Of a DNA stretch of 42,837 nt, positions 8,738 through 15,458 are shown in pieces. Position 1 is the stretch's first letter. Each line of letters begins with the position of its first letter. The notes under the pieces were generated by a model. That model searched no databases and was not told where the DNA came from. It saw only the letters and a program-made list of their open reading frames with translations. Origin of the DNA: a virus. The translations under genes were made by a program, and so were the position numbers. The DNA is taken from positions 1-42,837 of the IMG/VR virus record IMGVR_UViG_3300045988_062157. The stretch is one strand, 5' to 3'.

Positions 8738-9288
8738 AGAAAATTGCTTTAATCGTGCTGGCCATCGTGGCAGCGCTGGTACTTATGATTGCCGCTGCTT
8801 TCATATCGGCAAACAATCGTGCGGTGTCGGCAGAGGAACAGGTCAGTTCGGCGGCGGCCGACGTACAGGTAGCCGAGAAACGCCGTGTAGACCTCGTGTA
8901 CAATCTGGCGGACGCGGTGAAGTCCTACCAGAATTACGAGGGCGATACGCTGACCAGGATTACACAGGCTCGCGCTGCTGCCGCGTCCGGCAAGGTCGAA
9001 CAAGCGCAGGTTGCGTTGAACGCCGTTGCAGAGCAGTACCCGGAACTCAAGGCAAACGAAAATTACAAGCAGCTCATGACCGAGCTTGCGCTGACCGAGA
9101 ACCAGATCGCGCAGTACCGCAACAACTACAATCAGCAGGTACGGGCATACAACAAGCTGGTACGGTCTTTCCCAGCTGGTTTCCTGCTGCGCGTAATGAA
9201 CTATCAGGCAATCGACACGACCTATGCGGACTACGACGCACCGGAAGATGCTCCGCAGAACCTGTTCGGTGACAGCGATGGAAATTAA
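8734..9288 (+). CDS. lemA: LemA-family membrane protein
   Basis: N-terminal TM helix, then RAVSAEEQV...VAEKRRVDLVYNLADAVKSY...YPELKANENYKQLMTEL..TENQIAQYRNNYNQQVRAYN, which is the LemA pattern. Confidence 0.8.
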   Translation: MKKIALIVLAIVAALVLMIAAAFISANNRAVSAEEQVSSAAADVQVAEKRRVDLVYNLADAVKSYQNYEGDTLTRITQARAAAASGKVEQAQVALNAVAEQYPELKANENYKQLMTELALTENQIAQYRNNYNQQVRAYNKLVRSFPAGFLLRVMNYQAIDTTYADYDAPEDAPQNLFGDSDGN

Positions 9289-10003
9289 GCCTCGTGAGAT
9301 TGCGTTTAGCGTTGCAATCGTGTTTGTTATGGTGGCACTGGGATTTCTGCTCGGCAGCAAAATCAGTGACCATATCGCTGAGACAAACGAGAAATTTACC
9401 ACGGCAGCGCAGATCACAGACGATGAGCAGTTTCAGTACGCGCTGGCTACCGATTTCGGAAACGTCATCGCTTACGGCGATCTGATCGCGGAACAACCTG
9501 TTTCGGCAGATGATTTGGACGGCGAATACGCAATACTGACCAAAATCACGGAACGATACACCATGCACACGCGCGAAGTGACCTATACCGATAGCAAGGG
9601 ACATACGCACACCCGCACCGAGATATATTGGACGTGGGACAGGGTGAAACGAGAAGAAGACAGCACGAAAACTTTTTCGTTTATGGGGGTATCATTTCCC
9701 GCGGACAAGTTTTCTGTTTCCACCCATCGGCAGGGCAGTATGATTTATGACAATAGTGAGCTGCGGCATTATTACGTAGTCGCAGATGCCAGCATGGTTG
9801 GCAGCGTACATACCCGGATCAAGGATCATATGATCGCGGACGATAATGAGTTCTACGCCGACACAGAGCCGCAGACGGTCGTAGACAATGCTGTGAAGAA
9901 TGCAGGAGTGCTTGCCGTTGTGTTCTGGGTGTTCTGGATCGCGCTGACCTGCGGCGCGGTATATGGTTTCTGTGCACTGGAAAACAGGTGGCTGGACGGA
10001 TAA
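9278..10003 (+). CDS. membrane protein partner of LemA (N- and C-terminal TM helices, possibly GIDE-like)
   Basis: ATG 9278 overlaps the lemA end by 11 nt. TM helices at both termini flank a soluble domain of about 170 aa. The GIDE-like assignment is only a recollection of LemA gene pairs. Confidence 0.5.
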   Translation: MEIKPREIAFSVAIVFVMVALGFLLGSKISDHIAETNEKFTTAAQITDDEQFQYALATDFGNVIAYGDLIAEQPVSADDLDGEYAILTKITERYTMHTREVTYTDSKGHTHTRTEIYWTWDRVKREEDSTKTFSFMGVSFPADKFSVSTHRQGSMIYDNSELRHYYVVADASMVGSVHTRIKDHMIADDNEFYADTEPQTVVDNAVKNAGVLAVVFWVFWIALTCGAVYGFCALENRWLDG

Positions 10004-10095
10004 TGTATAGTCCTGAAATGAGAGAGTATCTGAAAGAAATCAAGCGCTACCTCGTGTGGCGCTACGGCATTACGGACAGGGAGGGGAAGCATTGA
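10003..10095 (+). CDS. 30-aa mini-ORF with EIKRYLVWRY motif
   Basis: TAATG overlap with the upstream stop. Paralogous at the amino-acid level to the 10153..10251 ORF, with many synonymous differences. Confidence 0.4.
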   Translation: MYSPEMREYLKEIKRYLVWRYGITDREGKH

Positions 10096-10152
10096 ACAAG
10101 TGGGAGGCGGCGGTAAGGGCAACCAGAAAAGATCTCGGAGAGGAGGAACAGG

Positions 10153-10251
10153 ATGAATGAGCAGCGATACAGCGAGGAAATCCGGCGTTACTTATTATGG
10201 AGATACGCCGTGCCGGAACTGCGCTTACTGGCGGACGCTCGGCAACTATAA
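10153..10251 (+). CDS. 32-aa mini-ORF with EIRRYLLWRY motif; overlaps the next ORF in another frame
   Basis: AGGAGG 6 nt upstream of the ATG. The motif is conserved with 10003..10095 despite synonymous codon changes. Confidence 0.4.
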   Translation: MNEQRYSEEIRRYLLWRYAVPELRLLADARQL

Positions 10252-10405
10252 AAATCTGAAGCTGTGGGCGTGCCACTACGCATTAGTTAACCGGCATTCA
10301 AGGGGATGCGAGCCGGGCGAAGGGTGCACAAAAAGAACAGAAAGCTACCGCAGACGGATAGCTTTCAAACACGACGGAAGCACCGAGGAGATTACAAGTC
10401 GATGA
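10157..10405 (+). CDS. Cys-rich putative zinc-binding protein
   Basis: CRNCAYWRTLGN...WACHYALVNRHSRGCEPGEGC. ATGA coupling to the downstream late-regulator gene. Confidence 0.5.
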   Translation: MSSDTARKSGVTYYGDTPCRNCAYWRTLGNYKNLKLWACHYALVNRHSRGCEPGEGCTKRTESYRRRIAFKHDGSTEEITSR

Positions 10406-10815
10406 CAGCGAAAGAATGGCTGATGCGCGGGCGCGCACTGGAAAAGACGATTACAGCCTTGCAGGAGGCACGGAAACGCGCCTATGCACGGGCAACGGGC
10501 GCAACCGCGCCGGTAAGGGATACGCCGGGCGGAAAAGGGAGCACGGGGAACAAGGCGGACCCCTACATCGAACTGGGCGAGAAGATTGCAGCGAAGGAAA
10601 ACGAGCTTGCGGAGATATACGGCGAGATCGTGCGCGTGCTGGGCGAAATGCGGGATAACGAACTGCAAACGCTCCTGCTTGAACGTTACGTGAACGGCGC
10701 AACATGGGCACAGGCGGCGCGGCGGCTGCATTACAGCGAGGCGCACGTGAAAGGCTACATGCATAGAATGGCACTGAATGCTGTGGATAAGTTAATACCC
10801 CACAATACGCGATAA
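10402..10815 (+). CDS. late-gene transcriptional activator, sigma-70 region-4-like (ArpU/RinA/DUF1492 type)
   Basis: 137 aa. C-terminal ELQTLLLERYVNGATWAQAARRLHYSEAHVKGYMHRMALNAV is a region-4-like HTH. Its position just upstream of the packaging genes is typical. Confidence 0.55.
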   Translation: MTAKEWLMRGRALEKTITALQEARKRAYARATGATAPVRDTPGGKGSTGNKADPYIELGEKIAAKENELAEIYGEIVRVLGEMRDNELQTLLLERYVNGATWAQAARRLHYSEAHVKGYMHRMALNAVDKLIPHNTR

Positions 10816-10817
10816 CG

Positions 10818-10826
10818 TGATATACT
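10818..10826 (+). promoter_or_regulatory. candidate extended -10 element (TGaTATACT) in front of the structured region
   Basis: Sequence tgatatact read directly. No convincing -35, so this is weak. Confidence 0.25.
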
Positions 10827-11583
10827 GATATCGTGGAAGAGCTCCAAGGGAGCAAAACCACGGCATTCACGGGTTGATAAATTCCGGTTATGTCCTCCTA
10901 ATTCTCTCCCCCGCTTCGGCGGGGGACACGCTCCAAAGGCTGCACGAGGCCGGAGGGGCTCACACTTCCTTTCGCCCAAGGCATTCCCTAATGAGACGGG
11001 AAACCGTCTCAGCCTGTCCGCCGCGTCTGCACGAGGGCGCGCGGGCTCTTTGACCCTCGGGAATACAGTTCAAGGAAACGCGGCAGAGATGCCGCACATG
11101 CTCCAAAGCCTGCATGAGGGCGGCGGGGCAAAAAAGACAGCCGAACGGCTGCCCATAATCTGACAGCCCGGAAAGACGGGCGCGGGCGCAGCTTACGGAA
11201 CGGCGCGCCGACACCTATTCTGACGGCTCGGAAAGACGAGTACTGTTTGCGAACTTCGCCGGACTGCCCGGCAGGCCTTGCGCAGGGCCAAAGCGTCAGT
11301 ACACAGCGCAGCAGCACGTGTATCAGGGAGTAATTCCCTGCAACGGGGTAGCGCCCTGCGGTGAAAGTCCGCCGGTTTGCAGGCCGATAACTGCGCGCGA
11401 GGGGTTCAAAATTCGAACTTCCTATTTTGTAGCAGCCCCTGAGCGCAAGCCGGGAAACCGTCCGTAAAGCCGGACGCAAGGCGCAGCGATACGCGCACAT
11501 ACCGCGAAAGCGGTATACATGCAGCCGAAAGTTGATACGCGGTGCAATTCCGTGTGGCTGCACCTCCAATTGTCATAAGTAAA

Positions 11584-11619
11584 AGCACCTCCCCGGGATG
11601 GCTTCGGGTAGGTGCTTTT
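11584..11619. terminator. bidirectional intrinsic terminator
   Basis: Stem gcacct(c)cccg / cggg(t)aggtgc, flanked by AAAA upstream and TTTT downstream. Lies between the convergent ncRNA candidate and the minus-strand operon. Confidence 0.7.
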
Positions 11620-11647
11620 GCTTAGATGTTGCTTAGATGTTGCTTAG
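11620..11647. repeat. 11-bp tandem repeat gcttagatgtt x2.5
   Basis: Read directly. Overlaps the stop codon of the minus-strand mini-gene. Confidence 0.8.
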
Positions 11648-11805
11648 CGGTTATCATAAGCGCATAGAGCCTCACACAGCTCGCGCGTCGGGCACTGGGA
11701 GCAATCGCACTCCGATATGATAACGTTTTCGCACAGTGCGCGAGGATCGGCCATAAAAACGGCCTCGGCTGCTCGGTAGTCCTCAGGGGTAATGATGTTA
11801 TACAT
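11644..11805 (-). CDS. Cys-rich mini-protein (53 aa)
   Basis: Translation MYNIITPEDYRAAEAVFMADPRALCENVIISECDCSQCPTRELCEALCAYDNR. GGAGG 8 nt upstream. Follows the 88-aa gene after 3 nt. Confidence 0.55.
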   Translation of the reverse strand: MYNIITPEDYRAAEAVFMADPRALCENVIISECDCSQCPTRELCEALCAYDNR

Positions 11806-11808
11806 GGG

Positions 11809-12075
11809 TTACGCCTCCAGCCGGTAGGTGATCGCGCTGTTAAGCAGTGCGAAAGTGATGCACTCGTAAAACTCGTCGCGGGCGATTCCCTCCGGCGTGC
11901 CGGTGCCCTGCTCGATCACATGGGCAACAGTGGCGACAGCCTCAGCGGTCGGCTCGTGGGAAGATACCCAGTCGAGCATATGTCCGTACTCGTCGCACGT
12001 CATGGACGTGCAGAAGTCGTTTTTGATACATACCTTGCGGACGCTGTACGCGCTCCAGTTTGCCTTGATGGTCAT
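11809..12075 (-). CDS. hypothetical protein (88 aa)
   Basis: Track ORF. Codon usage and spacing are consistent with a three-gene minus-strand operon. Confidence 0.6.
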   Translation of the reverse strand: MTIKANWSAYSVRKVCIKNDFCTSMTCDEYGHMLDWVSSHEPTAEAVATVAHVIEQGTGTPEGIARDEFYECITFALLNSAITYRLEA

Positions 12076-12126
12076 TTTATATCTTTCTTTCTGCGGGGTT
12101 ATACCGCCCCGCCCGGTGTAGGTGGC

Positions 12127-12672
12127 TCAGTCAATAGCGCAGTAGGTAAGGGCATCATAGCCCATATCAGCAAGCGCCTTGGTCATGGCCTCGGCTGCGG
12201 TCTCGCGCTTGTACGCCTGACCGGCGATGCGGAAGCGGATGACCCAGCGGCGGCCAAAGCTCTTCCACTCAAAGCAGCCGCATCCGGCCTCCTTGCAAGC
12301 CTGCTTGACCTTGGCGGACTGCCAGCGCGGGAGCGAGATTGATGGCGCGTCGAAATTACAGGTGCCGCCGTCATCAACCTGTGCAGCTGCGGCTTTGCCG
12401 ATCTCGTACACCTTGCGCAGATCGTCGCGGAGCTTGGCATACTTGCCGGTAAGCGGCTTCGGCGCTTCGGGCTTTTTGTCTGCGGGATAAGCTGCAAGGA
12501 TGACCTCAAAGTCGCGGAGTGCGTCCGCCTCGGTGCTTGCCGTGCGGTAGGTGATCTCCTGGCCGTCGGGATACATGAGCATAGTTTCGTAACGGTTCGC
12601 GGCAAGCTCGCAGGTGTCGAGGATGACGCGGCGGCCGTTGCGGGTGTACTCGGTGCGTTTGATGGTGCTCAT
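12127..12672 (-). CDS. hypothetical protein (181 aa)
   Basis: GGAGG precedes the ATG at 12672 (internal Met of track ORF 12127..12687). No family recognised. Confidence 0.6.
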   Translation of the reverse strand: MSTIKRTEYTRNGRRVILDTCELAANRYETMLMYPDGQEITYRTASTEADALRDFEVILAAYPADKKPEAPKPLTGKYAKLRDDLRKVYEIGKAAAAQVDDGGTCNFDAPSISLPRWQSAKVKQACKEAGCGCFEWKSFGRRWVIRFRIAGQAYKRETAAEAMTKALADMGYDALTYCAID

Positions 12673-12737
12673 GATTTGTACCTCCATTTTGTTTTCGGTG
12701 TTTGGTGTTTTCCTTTGTTGTGATTATAGTATATATC

Positions 12738-12818
12738 ATTGAGCAATGATAAACAATGGGCAAAGTAAACATAATTGAGTAATGATATTTGGCAGAATTG
12801 TATAATTGAGCAATGATA
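12738..12818. promoter_or_regulatory. three copies of operator-like 14-mer ATTGAG(C/T)AATGATA in a divergent promoter region
   Basis: Copies at 12738-12751, 12774-12787 and 12805-12818. The first is embedded in the palindrome TCATTGAGCAATGA. TGTATAAT (extended -10, + strand) at 12799-12806. TATAAT on the minus strand at 12723-12728. Confidence 0.6.
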
Positions 12819-12853
12819 GCGGCTGTGGTACACTATAACAGGGAGGTGATACC

Positions 12854-13036
12854 ATGGCAGTTGACCCAAACGCACGCACGCGGGCGAGTAATAAGTATAA
12901 CGCGAAAGCATACGATCGGCTTAACATCGTAGTACCCAAGGGAGAGCGCGAACGCATTAAGGAGTATGCAGCCAGCAAGGGCGAGAGCCTGAACAGCTAT
13001 GTATATAAGCTGATAACGGCAGACATGGACAAGTAA
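12854..13036 (+). CDS. ribbon-helix-helix (Arc/CopG-like) DNA-binding protein
   Basis: NKYNAKAYDRLNIVVPKGERERIKEYAASKGESLNSYVYKLI is the familiar RHH pattern. GGGAGG RBS. Confidence 0.7.
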   Translation: MAVDPNARTRASNKYNAKAYDRLNIVVPKGERERIKEYAASKGESLNSYVYKLITADMDK

Positions 13037-13053
13037 CATATTGTAGGCAGACA

Positions 13054-13087
13054 AAAGCCGCTCCAAGTAACCGGGGCGGCTTTTTTG
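13054..13087 (+). terminator. intrinsic terminator after the RHH gene
   Basis: Stem aaagccgc / gcggcttt followed by a T-run. Confidence 0.6.
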
Positions 13088-13115
13088 TGTCTATATAGTA
13101 AAAGGGGGCGAGAGT

Positions 13116-13499
13116 ATGGACAAGCTGACCGCAAAACAGCGGGCATGGATTGATTACTATAAGCAGGGCAAGACAGCAGCAGAGGCGGCACGGCTTGCCG
13201 GTTACAGGGGCAATAACTCCGACGCGATAGGTTCGCAGAACTTGGTTAAACTTGGTAAATACGTTGCAGACCGCGACGAGCTGTTAGATCGTGCCCGTGT
13301 GGCGGATATGGCGGAGATTAACGAGTTTTGGAGCGATATCATGAGGGATAACACGGCGGACATAAAGGACCGTCTGAAAGCCTCTGAGCTGCGCGCACGG
13401 AGTATCGGCGCGTTTATCGAGCGTCGGGAAATCGTAGGAGCGCAGACGATCACGGTTAAGCTGCTCGATGATGACGAGGAAATGAAAGATACAGAGTAA
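13116..13499 (+). CDS. terS: terminase small subunit-like protein (P27-type)
   Basis: MDKLTAKQRAWIDYYKQGKTAAEAARLAGY... HTH N-terminus and ...DRLKASELRARS, typical of P27-family small terminases. Confidence 0.6.
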   Translation: MDKLTAKQRAWIDYYKQGKTAAEAARLAGYRGNNSDAIGSQNLVKLGKYVADRDELLDRARVADMAEINEFWSDIMRDNTADIKDRLKASELRARSIGAFIERREIVGAQTITVKLLDDDEEMKDTE

Positions 13500-13501
13500 C
13501 G

Positions 13502-13540
13502 GCTTGCAGCCGCTTCCGGGCGGTGCAGGCTTATTTTTTT
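13502..13540 (+). terminator. strong intrinsic terminator
   Basis: About 11-bp GC-rich stem gcttgcagccgc / gcggtgcaggc followed by ttattttttt. Confidence 0.7.
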
Positions 13541-13714
13541 ACCCTGTTTTGCAAGTTGGTGTTGCGCGTCCTGCAAAAACAGGCGTTTTCGCGCGAGCGG
13601 TGAAAAGACCGGTTAAAACCGAGGATTTGCGGTTTGCGCGTATCGGCAAAGGCTCAAAAGAATACTTGGGCAGGCTCATAGATGAGCAAAAATGACGGAG
13701 AGGAGGTGTAAAGC

Positions 13715-13837
13715 GTGGGTGCTGGTTATGGTAGCGGCAGGCTTGCCAATTTCGGCAGAACCAGAAATCGCCGCCGCAGTGTTGCGGTAGGCCGTCGCGC
13801 TGCTGGCGCTCGTGGCGCTCGTTCGCCCTCGACCTAA
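13715..13837 (+). CDS. possible 40-aa Arg/Gly-rich mini-protein
   Basis: AGGAGG (13701-13706) 8 nt before the GTG. Translation VGAGYGSGRLANFGRTRNRRRSVAVGRRAAGARGARSPST. Followed by a terminator. Confidence 0.3.
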   Translation: MGAGYGSGRLANFGRTRNRRRSVAVGRRAAGARGARSPST

Positions 13838-13857
13838 ACACCAAAACTCAAAAGTCC

Positions 13858-13893
13858 ACCGGTTGGGAAATGATTCTCAGCCGGTTTTCTTTT
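13858..13893 (+). terminator. intrinsic terminator-like hairpin
   Basis: Stem accggttg / cagccggt followed by ttttctttt. Confidence 0.5.
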
Positions 13894-13915
13894 GGGGAAA
13901 GAAAGGAGGTAGCAC

Positions 13916-14227
13916 ATGGGACGGAAAAAGAAAGTGATTGACCTCAAAGCGGTGCAAGAGCTTGCAAGTGAGGGCAATACACAAGAAGAAATTGCAAAGG
14001 CTTTGGACTTTTCACGATCGACGTTCAGTAACCGCGACGATGTAACCGAAGCATACTATAAGGGCGTAGCAGAAATGAAGCTCAGCTTGCGCCATTGGCA
14101 GTTTAACGCTGCTCGTGGCGGTAACATCCAGATGCTTATCTGGTTGGGCAAGCAGTACCTCGGACAGCGTGACACAGTAGAGAAAAAAATCGAAAGCGAA
14201 GGCGTGAAGGTGATTATCGATGTCTGA
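13916..14227 (+). CDS. HTH DNA-packaging protein (second small-terminase-like gene)
   Basis: NTQEEIAKALDFSRSTF HTH and IQMLIWLGKQYLGQRD motif. Overlaps the terL start by 8 nt. Confidence 0.6.
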   Translation: MGRKKKVIDLKAVQELASEGNTQEEIAKALDFSRSTFSNRDDVTEAYYKGVAEMKLSLRHWQFNAARGGNIQMLIWLGKQYLGQRDTVEKKIESEGVKVIIDV

Positions 14228-15458
14228 GGTGAAGCTCTCGCAGATCATCGGACCGGCATTTTACGCCGTTGCGCACGATGTGTTTGCACATGGTCACACG
14301 CATTACGATGAGAGCGGCGGCCGTGGCTCGCTGAAATCGTCGTTTGTGTCGATTGTCGTTCCGCTGCTGCTTATCCACAACCCCGGAACGCATGCGCTTG
14401 TGTTACGCAAGGTTGGAAACACCATCCGCGATAGTGTATACGCACAGTATGTATGGGCACTTGGTGAGTTGGGCATGGTTGACTACTGGGACGCGAAGGT
14501 ATCGCCGATGGAGCTGATATATCGCCCGACCGGACAGAAAATCATGTTTCGCGGCGCTGATGACCCGATGAAGATCAAGTCAATCAAGGTTCCGTTTGGT
14601 TATATTGCTGTTACGCATTTCGAGGAGAAAGACCAGTTCTCAGGACGCGCGGAAATCCGAACGATCTTGCAGTCTACAATGCGCGGCGGTGATAAGTATT
14701 GGAACTTTGAGAGTTATAACCCTCCGATCAGCCGCGACAACTGGGCGAACAAGGATAGTTTAGAAGAACGCCCTGATCGTCTCTGCCACCGCAGCACGTA
14801 CCTTGAAGCGCCGCGCGAGTGGTTGGGCGATCAGTTTATTTATGAGGCGGAGCACCTAAAACTGACGAACGAGCGAGCGTATCAGCATGAATACCTCGGC
14901 ATTCCGGTCGGCACGGGCGGCAACGTCTTTGAAAACATTGAACTGCGAGAAATCACAGATGATGAGGTGGCAACGTTCGATCATATCTATCAAGGCGCTG
15001 ACTGGGGATGGTTCCCCGACCCGTTCGCTTTTATCCGCGTCCACTACGACAGGGCGCGGGAGACGGTGTATTTTATCGATGAGATATACAAAAACAAGCT
15101 GAGTAACGAGGAAAGCGCCGGTATTATCATGGAGCGCGGCTATAATGATACGTTTATCACCTGCGACAGTGCAGAGCCAAAAAGCGTTGCAGACTACCGC
15201 GCTATGCGACTGCCTGCCAAAGAGGCCGTGAAGGGTCCCGGCAGTGTCGAGTACGGCATGAAGTGGCTGCAGCGCAGGACACTTGTCATCGACCGCAAGC
15301 GAACGCCGCACGCCTATGATGAGTTTGTGAACTATGAGTATGAGCGCGACAAGGATGGCGAGATCATCAGCGGATATCCAGATGAAAAGAACCATCTGAT
15401 TGACGCCACGAGATACGCCCTTGAGCGCGTTTACAGAAGAATGGGAGTGATTGCTTGA
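14220..15458 (+). CDS. terL: terminase large subunit (PBSX-like)
   Basis: Walker A-like GGRGSLKS, 412 aa, immediately upstream of portal. Confidence 0.9.
   Translation: MSEVKLSQIIGPAFYAVAHDVFAHGHTHYDESGGRGSLKSSFVSIVVPLLLIHNPGTHALVLRKVGNTIRDSVYAQYVWALGELGMVDYWDAKVSPMELIYRPTGQKIMFRGADDPMKIKSIKVPFGYIAVTHFEEKDQFSGRAEIRTILQSTMRGGDKYWNFESYNPPISRDNWANKDSLEERPDRLCHRSTYLEAPREWLGDQFIYEAEHLKLTNERAYQHEYLGIPVGTGGNVFENIELREITDDEVATFDHIYQGADWGWFPDPFAFIRVHYDRARETVYFIDEIYKNKLSNEESAGIIMERGYNDTFITCDSAEPKSVADYRAMRLPAKEAVKGPGSVEYGMKWLQRRTLVIDRKRTPHAYDEFVNYEYERDKDGEIISGYPDEKNHLIDATRYALERVYRRMGVIA

Larger units (their letters stand above)
10816..11620 (+). ncRNA. candidate large structured non-coding RNA (about 0.8 kb), class undetermined
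   Basis: No + strand ORF of 60 aa or more. At least 12 local hairpins, three with GNRA loops (10993-11010 GAAA, 11080-11095 GAGA, 11499-11516 GAAA) and one C(UUCG)G (10907-10926). Duplicated hairpin modules carry compensatory changes. The region ends at an intrinsic terminator. Confidence 0.6.

Noticed and set aside
10345-11588. Overlapping minus-strand ORFs in the track (10451..10870, 10755..10979, 10960..11214, 11009..11569, 11406..11588) across the structured region
   Set aside because: Their translations are Arg/Pro/Ala/Cys-rich low complexity with no ribosome-binding sites. They overlap one another in different frames and coincide with GC-rich hairpins. This is typical of spurious ORFs antisense to a structured RNA.
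10816-11620. Group I or group II intron, cobalamin riboswitch or RNase P identity for the structured region
   Set aside because: The region does not interrupt any ORF. I see no GUGYG 5' end or domain V-like 34-mer. GGTGAAAGTCCGCC only superficially resembles the B12-box and RNase P CR-I strings, and the rest of those consensus structures is missing. These cannot be fully excluded without covariance-model searches.
13524-13534. The 11-mer ggtgcaggctt shared by 13524-13534 and 36550-36560 (a shorter ggtgcagg match occurs at 34572-34579), as a possible third copy of the integration-cassette repeat
   Set aside because: An exact 11-mer match is expected by chance many times in a 43-kb sequence. 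At 13.5 kb the 11-mer is simply the 3' arm of a terminator stem.
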